From: Pseudovirgaria hyperparasitica
Taxonomy: Eukaryota
Direction: 5' to 3' (one strand)
DNA length: 64,000 bases
Assembly: GCA_010093815.1 (NCBI GenBank)
Contig: ML996569.1
Below, piece by piece: positions 38,814 through 50,149 of the stretch. A program made the translations under genes and the position numbers. Position 1 is the stretch's first letter. Every line of letters begins with the position of its first letter. The notes below the pieces were generated by a model. That model was not told where the DNA came from. It did not search any database and worked only from the letters and a program-made list of their open reading frames with translations.

Positions 38814-41800
38814 ATGAAATACGGCGACACTCTCAGACAGCGCTCTCTCCCGGCCTGGGCACACTGTAAGCTTCTTCTCTTCCCCTTCCCTTCGTCCCTC
38901 CAATTGCCATGTCTAATCTCTCTTTCCAATTGCCAGATAATGTCGACTATGACGAGATCAAGCGCGTAATCAAAGAGAATACCACTCCTGGCCACGGCAA
39001 GGCTGTCTCCATTCCCGGCCACGGCGATCCCGTCGAGCGGCGCTTCGAGGACGAATTGATCGAGCTGTTTGAGCAGGAACAACGCCGTGTTGATTTGTTC
39101 GTGAGGACAAAGTCTGGCGAAATTGATCGGAGACTGGGTACGGCAGTCACTCGTTCATTCGTTCCTCGAGAACGCACTGACAAGAATGTAGTTCATCTGG
39201 GCCAGCAGATCAGTCGCCTTGCTGGGCGCGAGAAGTCGCTCAGTCGCGCGAGAATCCCGGCCAGGCGCCTCGAGCGCTATGCCAAGTTGGAGGATGACGT
39301 ACTCAAGTAGCCCACCACCTCCACCCCCAACAAATCCATCCTCAGCTAGCTGACATTGTGTTGCAGAGTCGGCCAAGAGCTAAACGGCCTGTCGAGATAC
39401 CTCAATGCTCAGCGCACCGCTTTCCGGAAACTGCTAAAAAAATACAGAAAATGGACTGGCAACGACACCCTGCACACCACCGTCAAAGACCTCGTCATGG
39501 ATCAGCCGGGGAGCTGTTGGAAACTGGATCTGTCGCCCATGTTTGATCGCTACACCGAGCTGCTTCAATTCATACGCAGCGCCTTTGAGCCCTCGGCTAC
39601 CGCCTCCCTGGCTAGTCGATTCACAAGTGGGAGAGAGACTATTCCTGCGAACACGCTACAGGCCATCGCTTCCATCCAAAATGCTGTCGACGCACACTCG
39701 GAGCTGGACTTTGACCTGTCCTTGGCCACCACTCCGTTCGGCCACCGAGGGGGCAAGGCGATCTACTGGGTCAATCCAGAGTCGGCAATAGAGCTGCAGG
39801 TTCTGCTGTCGCGCCATATGCGCCTGCTGGTGCCCCAGGCGAAGCTGAGATCCTCGCCCTTTGCTTCAGAACTCTCCTCGCCCATTGACTCGCCCACACG
39901 CAGGCAGTCCATCCCAGGTGCCGAAGGCGAGGACAAGGGAGACCATGTCGGCACACTGATTCTCGACAACGAGCGTCGCTATGCCGAGCAAGAGATTGGA
40001 AAGACAATCGAGGACAACGAAGGCGTGCCGGGCAGGACGCCAGCAAAAGCTCTGGGCCAAGTCTGTTGGTCCTCTGCCGGCGAGGCTGCCATGGCCGTTG
40101 GCCTTAATTCCGGCCATGAGACGGACGCCACTGTTACGATGCCCGCCAAGACCAAGCGCAAGCATCTGCATGACCTCTTGGACGTCTCGAGGCCGTTTAG
40201 CCGGCACGCCTCGTCGGCCATGCTGCGCGACTACTACCTTGACGACGACACCACAGACAATGACGCGGCGACCAGTGTCAGAGACTGGCTGTCCCACCAC
40301 AGCGAAGTGACTCCTATCGCTGCACATTGCGCAAAGAGAACTCGTTTCCTAGGCCTGACCAACAACTCTTCCCGTGCCGTCTGGGCTACCCTGGACCAGG
40401 ATGTGCACTTTAAGCGGACAGAGATTGCGGATGTGTGTGAGGCGGAATGGTCCAGGAATATGCGGCAGAACAGCGCACGCTTCCCGCATTGTGTGCTGGA
40501 AGTGCGCCACGAGGGCTTTGAATCGGCCGAGCTCGTGAACATCCTGGACAACAGCCACCTGGTATGTATGCTTGTGATTGAACGGCCAACAATCATTAAC
40601 AGTATTTCATAGACGGAGCGTGTTCGTGGCTTTTCGCTCGAGACCCACGCCGTTTGGGAGTGTTGCCAGCCCAAGTCGATGCCGCCTCCTTTCTGGGTGA
40701 GTCTCTCATCATGCCCCCCCCCCCCCCCCTTCCTCGTTGCGCGCCCCAAGAATGGTGGCGGCTGACAGCATGCAGATGTCCATTGTCAACAACGCCATCA
40801 GCAATGTGCCGGAGGAGGAGCGGCAGCGGCGCCCACGACGACTGGCGAGCTTGACTACTGGCGGCGCCGCAGCAGCAGACATGGCTTCCATATCCGCATC
40901 CTCGACCACGGCCACGGACGGGGATCTGACCAACGTGAGCACTCCACGCACGAGCCGAGGCGGCAATACCTCTAACACGTCCGCTCCCGACCAGCTGGAG
41001 ACGCCGACGCTGAGTGCGTTTAGGAAGAAACGTAGACGAAACCTGCCGCTGCGGAAAGACAGCTTTACCGAACAGTCTGAGATTGATGGTCTGGAGCGGC
41101 CGGGGGGGTACTGGAACGAGTACGACCATCCCGAGGAGGGATCGGCCGACGACGACGCATATGTGATATACTTGGATCCCAACGCCTCGAATTTCCCGGG
41201 CGAAGAGTACCTGCGAGCAGCGCTTGCGAGGGTCACGGCCTGGCTCGGCGGCGGCGTCGGCGGCAGCAGCAGCGCACAGGCTGGTGAAGATGTCGAGTCA
41301 CAGCAGCGGCGCCTCCTCCTTTCCTCGCCGACGAGGAGTGACGACGTTGACGATTTCGAGTCGAGCGATGATGAGAGGCCGCTGATGGATGGTGAAGTTT
41401 CGTCTCGGAGGCGATCCAACGGCTATTACCACCACTATGGGACCTGGACCAGCAACGACGGTCATGCCGTAGCGACGACGACAGGAGGCCCAAAGAGCAT
41501 CTATCAAGGCCTGTTCAAGGCATTTACGTCGTCGAATGATGCCGCCGCCACCACCGCCCCTCACAGCCGGCGTTTGGGTAATCATGCAGAACCGTTTATG
41601 AGCGTGGAAGCCCGGTACCGCGAACGAGAGCAGCACAAATATCGGCTCTATGTGACCAGTCTGGGCGCTGCAGCCACAATCGTTGCGATCCTCGTCTTCC
41701 TCGCCACCACCAGCCGCCACAAGTACCGCGGCGAGGTCGACACGGTGCTCGTTGTCGGGATCCTTGCAAATCTGGCCTTTGCCTTTGGCGGCGTGGGCTA

Positions 41801-41921
41801 CATGATGAGCCGGCAGGACGTGCTGCCCTGGTGGCATCGCGGGCTTGTGGCGGCCGTGTTTGTCGGCGTCTGCGTCGTGGACGGCATGCTGCTCATCTGG
41901 CCCTTTACCGCCGTCCCGTGA
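38814..41921 (+). CDS. SPX domain + divergent VTC (polyphosphate polymerase-like) domain protein with two C-terminal TM helices, 6 exons
   Basis: MKYGDTL..W..YNVDYDEIK and LNAQRTAFRKLLKKYRK are SPX motifs; KRTRF, WATLD and FPHCVLEVR..ERVRGFS are VTC-like. Introns 38866-38936, 39138-39191, 39307-39366, 40562-40612, 40697-40775. Confidence 0.88.
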
Positions 41922-42354
41922 GGCAGGGGGGAGGCCGTGAGACGTGAGGGGATGCTGGGCGGCGGGAGGGGGATGCTGGGCGACGGGAGGGAGATGCATG
42001 ACGGCGGGTTCCGTTCTTTGTACACAAGAGGCAGTCTGTCAGATTTGGCTGGGTGGTAATGTGGTTATTGGGGTGTTTTGGGGGGTCAGTGAATATTGGG
42101 GTGTTTTGGATAGAGGCCACGTGCGAGCGATCGCTGGTGTAGTATTAGCCTGGAGAGGCAGGGTGGACGTGCTGACTGGATGATGACAGCTGTCAGTCAT
42201 GACGACGACGCCGACGACCTGGATAGAAGATAACAAGCATGAGAGGCTCACGAGCGGCAGCATGTTGTAATAATAGTAATGATGATGATGGGAAAACACA
42301 CGTATACGAAACAACTGACTCCTCAACTTCCTACCCCTCTACTCACTCAGCTCA

Positions 42355-44550
42355 TCATCCATCCCTCACCACCTCACCAGCCCGCCGCACCTCCAAGCCC
42401 TCCAACGACCCCTCCGCCCTCCAGCCCTCGAGAAACTCGACAAAACTCATCAGCCCGCCCGCCCACATGCCGCCCTTGGCCCGCTCCGCCCGCTCCTCCG
42501 CACTCATCTCCTTGTCAAACGCCCCCTCCGAGTTCATATACCCGGGCGTACACCCAGCTATACACGCAAAATGCGCCGCGTCGCGCGCGATCCGGTCCGC
42601 CCATGCCGCCGTCGCTTCGGGCGTTGGTTCGATGGTCAGGCCGTCGATTTCGAGTTCCGGCTCCGGTTCCGGTTCCGGGCCCTTGGTCCCTTTCTCAGCC
42701 TCAGCCTCACCCTCACCCTTCTCCCCAGCCGCCCTCTTCCCCTTCTTCTTCGCAGCCCCAACAGCCATGCCAACAGCATGCTCAACCAAACACTCAATCA
42801 CAAACGTAAAGTTCGGGCCCGCGGCCGCTTGCAAGGGCCCCGGGAAGAAGAGGTTCGGAAAGCCGCCTGCCACGACGCCGTGGAGGGTATTTGGCGCGAG
42901 CTTCCATGCCTCGTCGAGCGAGATGCCGTGTCGGCCGATTATCGGTGCGCCGAGCCGGGTCGAGGGCGTGCCCATGCCTGTTGCGTTGAAGCCGGTGCTG
43001 TGGATTAGGATGTCTGTTTTTATGCTCCTCTCGCCTTGCTGTGCGCCTTCTTCTGCGGGGCTAGACGGAGGAGCAGCAAGGACAAGCCCGTCCGCCTCTG
43101 CCCGCACTATCGGCGTCCGCGTCACGTCTATGATCTCGACGTTATCCCGATTAAACACATCGAGGTACTCGTCGTGAAAACACGGCCGCTTGCACCACCC
43201 GGGATACCACGCCTTGAGCACCTCCGCCGTGCCCGGATCCCGCACCACACTATCCACACGCGCGCGTATCCGCTCCGAACGCACAAAGTCGAGCTCGTGC
43301 ATCTCCGCGATATGCGCCTGCAGCGTCTCCATATTCACGCCGTCGAATTTCGAGCTCGGCGTGCCGAGCAGCGCCGCATAGGACGGGAAGCGCGTCCAGC
43401 CGTCGTTGACGAGATTGACTTCCGGTGGGGGGTGGATTTTGTTCATGAACGCCGCGAAGTTGGCCTGTCGGGCGCGCTGCCAGCCTGGACTTGTCGCTAC
43501 GTCGCGGGTGAATGTGGATGGGGAAAGGGCGTGGTTATCGCGGACGTCGATGGCAGAGGGCGTGCGCTGGAGGACGGTAAGCTGGGCGGCGTAGCGGGCG
43601 AGGAAGGGGATGCATTGGATTGCCGTGGCGCCCGTGCCGATTATCGTTACGCGTTTGGATGCGAGGGAGGTGAGGCTTGGGTTGGTGGGTGAGCCGCCTG
43701 TGATGTCGTAGGCCCAGCGGGAGGTGTGGAAGGAGGGGTTTGTGAAGGATGAGAGGTTGGGTATAAGGGGCAGTTTGGGCGCGTGCAGGATCCCTGGCGC
43801 GACGAGGGCGATGGTAGCAGTTATACTGAACTTCTTCGCGGAGCTACTCTCCTCATCCTCATCCCCGTCGCTCCGCACCCGCTCTACATCAACACCCCAC
43901 ACCCCCTCCTCCTCCCTCCACCTCATCCCCCGCACACACACCCCAAACACCGCCCTGCTCCGCAGCCCATACCGCGCCACAAGCAGCTCCACATACCCCC
44001 TCACCTCCTCCCCGCCCACGTACCGCTCGCGCGGCACATACCCCGTCTCCTCCAGCAGGGGGAGGTAGATGGACGCTTCGGTGTCGCAGCGGAGCCCCGG
44101 GTACCGGTTCCAGTACCAGGTTCCGCCGAAGCTGCCCGCGGCGTCGAGGATGAGGAAGGAGGTTGCGGGGAGGGCGGATTTGAGGAGGTGGATTGCGGTG
44201 AGGATGCCGGCGAGGCCGGCGCCGATTATGAGGATGGGTGTGTGGGTTTTGGGGGAGAGGGGGGGTGGTTGGGTGGTGGTTTGGGTGGGAGGTGGAGAGG
44301 GGGCCCAGGGGTCGGTGGTGTGGAGGGAGGGGATGTATTGGGAGAAGCCGGTGCGGGTGGTGCGTTTGTTGCGTTCTTGGGCGTAGCGGGCTTGGGTTGC
44401 TGTTAGGGGGTCGGTTTGGGGGGTGGTTGTGGTGGTGGTTGAGGGTGCTGTGGGTGTTTCGGCGGCGGTGGTCGTGGTGTTGGTCATGAGCGTCTCGGCG
44501 GCGGAGACGCTCGCGGCGGGAATGTCTGGGCCCGCGGGGTCTGCTGCCAT
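42355..44550 (-). CDS. Type I Baeyer-Villiger monooxygenase (FAD/NADPH-dependent)
   Basis: IIGAGLAG, FGGTWYWNRYPGLRCD, fingerprint FTNPSFHTSRW, second Rossmann IIGTGATA, WYPGWCKRPCFHD, CTPGYMNSEG. Start placed at MAADP (44550). Confidence 0.92.
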   Translation of the reverse strand: MAADPAGPDIPAASVSAAETLMTNTTTTAAETPTAPSTTTTTTPQTDPLTATQARYAQERNKRTTRTGFSQYIPSLHTTDPWAPSPPPTQTTTQPPPLSPKTHTPILIIGAGLAGILTAIHLLKSALPATSFLILDAAGSFGGTWYWNRYPGLRCDTEASIYLPLLEETGYVPRERYVGGEEVRGYVELLVARYGLRSRAVFGVCVRGMRWREEEGVWGVDVERVRSDGDEDEESSSAKKFSITATIALVAPGILHAPKLPLIPNLSSFTNPSFHTSRWAYDITGGSPTNPSLTSLASKRVTIIGTGATAIQCIPFLARYAAQLTVLQRTPSAIDVRDNHALSPSTFTRDVATSPGWQRARQANFAAFMNKIHPPPEVNLVNDGWTRFPSYAALLGTPSSKFDGVNMETLQAHIAEMHELDFVRSERIRARVDSVVRDPGTAEVLKAWYPGWCKRPCFHDEYLDVFNRDNVEIIDVTRTPIVRAEADGLVLAAPPSSPAEEGAQQGERSIKTDILIHSTGFNATGMGTPSTRLGAPIIGRHGISLDEAWKLAPNTLHGVVAGGFPNLFFPGPLQAAAGPNFTFVIECLVEHAVGMAVGAAKKKGKRAAGEKGEGEAEAEKGTKGPEPEPEPELEIDGLTIEPTPEATAAWADRIARDAAHFACIAGCTPGYMNSEGAFDKEMSAEERAERAKGGMWAGGLMSFVEFLEGWRAEGSLEGLEVRRAGEVVRDG

Positions 44551-44989
44551 GGTTTTCTCTACTTTCTTCAGGCGCGGCGGGGAGCGGGGAATGCTGCTGC
44601 GACAGACAACGACGACGACGACGACGACAACAACGAGGAGGAGCAGAAGTGCAACAACGAGGCTCGGTACCGCCAGACCGCGCTGCAGCACATCTATATA
44701 CATACATACACACCCAAGCCCCACGTCCGTCCAGGGCATGCCTCGCTCGCAAAAGTCTAATTCCCCAAACGTCGACGACATGTCACCGGACATGGACCTC
44801 CGTGAGCACAGTGAGCACCCTCCCTCCCGCGCACCGCACACCATCCTCCGTACCCCACCCTCGCATTCGTACCAGCCCGAGGCCGCGTACTAGCACACCA
44901 GGCACGTGGACGGGTGCGACTAAATAACCGACCGCCACCTCTGTATCTACCTACTCTACCGTAGTGCAACACCTCGTATAGCCAACAGG

Positions 44990-45600
44990 CACGAACGAAC
45001 GAACGAACGAATGTACAAACGAACAAACGAATGAACGAACGAACAAACGCATGAGGCAAGTCCAAGAAACGCGGCTAATTGCGGTCTTGGCCGATCGACG
45101 ACGAACGTACGACCTCGAGGAGGAGGGAGGGAGGAGGGAGGAGGGAGGGAGGAGGGAGGAGGAGGAGGAGGAGGAGGAGGAGATAAGGAGGCCGGAGGAG
45201 GGCGGGGATTGGGCGGGATTGGCGCGCTTGGACCCCCGCGTGCGTTGGTTGCACAGCCTTACGGCCGGCGCCCGGGACGACTCCCGTTCCGAGCCGAAAA
45301 GCGCCTCGTTTACACGCTGTGGGGAGTTTCGTATCACTCACTACACGTACACGTACAGTGCTGTGTTACGCGATGCGAACTTTGCGAACATGCGAACCCG
45401 AGGGGTCGTGCCGTGCTGCTGATTAGACTTTGGGAATGCTATTACTAGATTCTTGGTAAAGTGCTAATGCGGGTGCTAAGTAATGCCCACTCACTCTCCC
45501 ACGGATATGTGTACTTCCAGATCCGTCCATCCGTCCATCTGCTGGCTGTCCATCCATCCATCTGCTGGCTGTCCATCCGTCCATCCGTCCGTCTGTCCAT
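44990..45600. repeat. Simple repeats (ACGA)n, (GGA/GGAG)n and (CCAT/CCGT)n between BVMO and esterase
   Basis: Read directly at about 44990-45050, 45117-45183 and 45520-45600. Confidence 0.85.
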
Positions 45601-45624
45601 CACGCCATCCACACACATCCACGC

Positions 45625-47344
45625 CTACGCACACACACCATCCACATCGCCAACCCCAACTGCCTCCACCACGCGTCCGTCACGCCCATACCGCAGCAGC
45701 TGGTCCGCCCGCGCCGAGCCCCATCCCAGCCGCGCCGGCCCGTCCACGGGATCGCGCATAAACGCCAGCAAATGGTCCTGCATGCTCTCCGCCACCGCGC
45801 CCTCGTACTCCGTGCTCGCGCCCGGAAAATCAACATATGTGCCAAACAGCATTGCCAGGTCGGCGTCGTGGTATGCGCCGAGGTAGGGCTTCGGCGAGAC
45901 GTCGGTGAAGTTGCCTGCGAACTCGACGCGGTATGTCAGGACGTCTGGGCCGGTGGTGGTGGTGGTGGTGCGCGCGACGGTGCTGAGCGCGGCTGGGCAG
46001 ATGAAGAGGGCGCGGGTGATCTGCTCGTTGAGGGTCTGGTTTGTGGGCGGGAAGGGCCCGAAGATGCCGCCGGTGACGACGCCTTCGTTTGTGGTGGTGC
46101 TGTAGACGAGCGGGAGCTTCGAGAAGGCGGCGCGGGCGTAGCGGTCGGCGTAGTCTGCGAAGATGATCTTGTTGTCTTGGACGGGGTAGAAGTTGAGGGT
46201 GGGCTGGGTTGGGGCCACGAGGGTGCTGTTGTCCCGGTATGTGCCGATGAAGGCTTCGATGTCGGCGGAGGGGATCTTGCGGAGGCAGTCGAGCTCGGCG
46301 GCGGGAGGGCCGGCGCAGTTGAAGTGTGTGGCGACAAAGGTGAAGTTGGACGGCTCGATGGGCACGGTGAGGTTGAGGAATGCGCTGCCGGAGGAGGCGT
46401 AGTAGCCTTTGACGATGGGGTCGTCTGCGTAGGCGAAGTTGTGGTAGTCTGTTGCTGCGGCGCCGGCGGATTGGCCCTGCGATGAGTGTCAGTAATTACG
46501 TGTGTTACACGGCAATCCATTCCGGGTATGCGCACCCAGAGTGTAATCTTGTCTGCGTCGCCGCCGAATGCTTCGATGTTGTCGCGAACCCACTCCAGTC
46601 TGCAGACATGTCAGCATGTGGTTCATGTCGAGCAGCAGTTGTCACTTACGCCATGCGCTGGTCGAGAATACCCAGGTTCTGGTCGTCCAGGCCTGCCGCA
46701 TTGGGGAAGCCGAAAATGTTCAGTCGATAGCTACAGGCCGGCAGACAGGCAATCAGTTTATACTCCTCCTGCATGAAACCAGGCCGCACTCACTTGATCG
46801 TCACGACAATATGCGCGCCCGTCCGCTCGACCCAGTGGTGCGGCAGCTGGTACGGGATATTGACCCCTCCCGTCAGAAACGACCCCCCGGTCATGAACAT
46901 CACAACCGGCAGCTTCTCCGGCCGTCCAGTCGGCGTCCACACAGCCAGATGCAGGCAGTCCTCCGACGTCTCCCCCGCAGACTCGCCCGCCGTGCTGTTC
47001 TGGCCGTCCGTGTAGATCAGCCAGCCCGGCACATCCTGGTTGAAGACGGACGGCGGCCTGCTCACGAACTGCGGACAGGACAGCGGGAACTGCGTCGCGT
47101 CATACGTGGTGCTACTGTTGGCTTCAGGTTTCGTCGGTGGCAGCCAGCGTCTCTCGCCCACCGGTGCGGCCGCGTATGGGATGCTTCTGAACTGCCGCAC
47201 GTTCGGCGTCGTGCCGTTGATCAGCCCGATATACGTCCCCGACGGCGCCTGCACGACGAGCTCGTTGTCGGTGTGTTGCTTGTGGCCCAGCGCCGGGACG
47301 GCGAGGAGGAGAAGGGGGACGATGGCGCTCCAGGAGAGAATCAT
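45625..47344 (-). CDS. Secreted type-B carboxylesterase, 4 exons
   Basis: Signal peptide; IPYAAAPVGERRW and SEDCLHLAVW; introns 46731-46793, 46600-46649, 46477-46535 restore NYRLNIFGFP and WGQSAG (nucleophile); triad candidates TNEG and AYHDADL. Confidence 0.93.
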
Positions 47345-47825
47345 GGCGAGTGGACGGCGAGGGGGGAAGCTGGTGAGTCCAGCACACGCTGGACGAGAGG
47401 CTGTGGCTACATATTAGAAGAACACAACAGAGGCAGAGCGGCACGGGTGTGTTCGTTTGGGTAATCGATTAGCCAGCAGCCTGCTACCGGATCGTATGAT
47501 CGACAGTGTATTAACTGTTTATTACGTCGACAAAGCCGTCCAGGGACTCGGGATCCGTCCGTCCCGCAAGCCATCGGGTGCTTCGGCGGGTTAGCGCACG
47601 TAGTTCTGGTACCGTGTTGGTGCATGGCAGACTGGGCTTGACACGTGATGATGCTGATATCATGGCACATGATGGCGGGCAGGGCATCGACGTCTTCTTT
47701 TGTTTTGCAAGCTCATGGGGAGTGAATATAGGGCGAAGAGTCTTCGTTTGGGCTTGCATGCGTCCGTCGCGTCGAATGATCGGCTGCCAAGACGCATCAT
47801 GGACGACAATTGGCAGACATGAAGC

Positions 47826-50149
47826 ATGAAACAGCGGGGCTCCCTCGTCTTTGTCTCAACAACATCTACGACAACGACCACCTCACTCCGTTCATCATCA
47901 CCACATCCATCGTCAACCCGACCGCGACTCACCTTCCCCGATATGTATCCCCGTCCAGATTTTGAGCGAACGGGCCTGCGCTGGCAGTCCTTGAATGGAG
48001 ACTGGGACTTTCTCTTCGACGACGAGGACGTCGGCCAGAAGGATCGCTGGTTCGATCTGGGTCTGCCCGCCTACGTTGACTTGACGGGCATTGGGGCCTC
48101 AAATGACAGTCAGTTCTCCGAAAGCGAGTCCATCACTCGCAAGATCACAGACGGCACGCAGAGCGCCATCGAAGGCAACTTCAAATCGCAAAAGTCCGCC
48201 GTCACCAGGAACAGTCTGCAAACGATCAAAGTGCCGTTCGTCTTCCAGTCGCCTGCATCGGGCCTCAACGAGCGCGGCGTCCATGAAGTCATGTGGTATC
48301 AGCGCGAAATCACCCCTCCGATCAGCGAGGACGAGATCAAGTCCGGCGACAGGCTCCTGTTGCGCTTCGGCGCCGTCGACTACGACGCCAAGGTCTGGGT
48401 AGCTGGCCAGTATGTCGGCGGTCATCGCGGCGGCCATGTCCCGTTCGACCTCGACATCACCGATGCAGTCGCCTCGTCCGACGCGAACGCGCCCGTCCCC
48501 ATCATCGTGCGTGTCTACGACTCGGCGTACGATCTGACCCAGCCGCGTGGGAAGCAGTACTGGGGTGCCAAACCCGAGAGCATATTCTACACGCCCTCAG
48601 GGGGGATCTGGCAGAATGTATGGCTCGAGACCGTCACCTCGTCGAGAATTGCAGACAGCTCCAACGGCACCGTCATCCGCTCCAACGACATTGATAGTGG
48701 GAAGCTGCACGCCTCGATCGCTGTCGCCGGTCGCAAGGCGGGGTTCCCCTACCATGTTGAGATTGAGGCATCTCTCGCAGGAGTCCCGGTGTCGAAATCT
48801 GAAGCGCTCAAATTGCCGCGTGAGAAGGACAATGTTGAGGGTACATTGAGCCTACGCCTGTCGGGAGAGCAGATCTCCAAGCTACCAGAGACCCTTACCA
48901 GCTCAGCCCCGCTTGACGATGCCCGGGCGTGGAAGGATGGCGTTGCTTTGTGGTCGCCAGAGTTTCCATCGCTCTACGACCTGACCATCCGGCTGTTCGA
49001 TGACTCGGGGGAGACCAAGCTGATTGACGAAGTCAAGACTACCACAGGCATGCGGTCGCTCGACTGGACCAGCGGCAACGGCGCGCTAAACCTGAACGGC
49101 AGGCCGTACTTTCAAGCCCTCTGTCTCGACCAGGGATACTGGCCAGACACGTTCATGACACCGCCATCCCCGGAGAGCCTCAAGGCCGATATAGAGCTGG
49201 CCAAGGCCATGGGCTTCAACGGCTGCCGCAAGCACCAGAAGGTCGAGGACCCCATCTTCATGTACTGGGCCGACCGTCTGGGCTACCTCGTCTGGGGCGA
49301 GATGGCCAACGCATACCAGTTCAGCGCCCAGTACGTCGACCGCTTCAACCAGGAATGGCTCGAGTCGGTCAAGCGCGACATCAACCATCCCAGCATCGTG
49401 ACCTGGACGCCCGTCAACGAGAGCTGGGGCTACACCGACCTGCAAGCCAACCTCGAGCAAAGAAACCACATCCGCTCCCTCTACTACCAGACAAAGTAAG
49501 CACACCCTCCCCTCAGCCCCCCTTATTCTTCTTAACACCCCTCCTCAACAGAACCCTCGACCCATCCCGTCCAATCAACGACAACTGCGGCTGGCAACAC
49601 GTCCTCACCGACCTCTCCACCTTCCACGACTACTCCGACTCGCCCGCCCTCGCAGAAACATGCTCCTCCCTCGCCGGCATCTTCAGCCCCAAAGCCAACC
49701 GCCCCGTCTGGCTCCCCGCCATCCCGCCCCACGACCCAGGCTCCGCCCACGTCCCCGGCGCCCCCATCATCTGCACCGAATTCGGCGGCGTCAACATCGC
49801 GCCCGCCAAGGGCGCAGAGGACAAGGAGTGGGGCTACACCACCGCCGCCGACCCCAGCGACCTGCTTGCGCGGATTGAGAAACTCGTCCTTGCTGTTGTC
49901 GAGGGCGGGCATTGTTCTGGCTTTGTGTGGACGCAGCTGTGAGTAGGCTTCTGGTCTTGTGATGCGTGGACTGAACTGAACTGAACTGACATTCTTGTGT
50001 GTGTGTGTGTGTGCAGGTCGGATATCGAGCAGGAGACGAATGGGCTCTATGCGTTTGATCGGACGCCCAAGTTGCCGGCTGCGGAGGTGAGGGCTGTTAT
50101 GGAGAGGGCGCTGGGGGTGTTTTATGGGAACTCCAAGGAGGTGGCGTAG
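47826..50149 (+). CDS. Glycoside hydrolase family 2 (beta-galactosidase/glucuronidase-like), apparently intracellular, 3 exons
   Basis: YPRPDF, LNGDWDF, FGAVDY, QPRGKQ, LDQGYWP, NHPSIVTWTPVNESWG (acid/base), TEFGG (nucleophile), DIEQETNG. Introns 49496-49551 and 49939-50016. No signal peptide; start uncertain (47826 or 47943). Confidence 0.93.

Noticed and set aside
42239..44893. Many overlapping ORFs across the BVMO, and its 98-aa hydrophobic N-terminal extension
   Set aside because: Explained by skewed GC-rich codons; the poly-Val stretch comes from a (GTC/GTT)n microsatellite upstream of the likely start.
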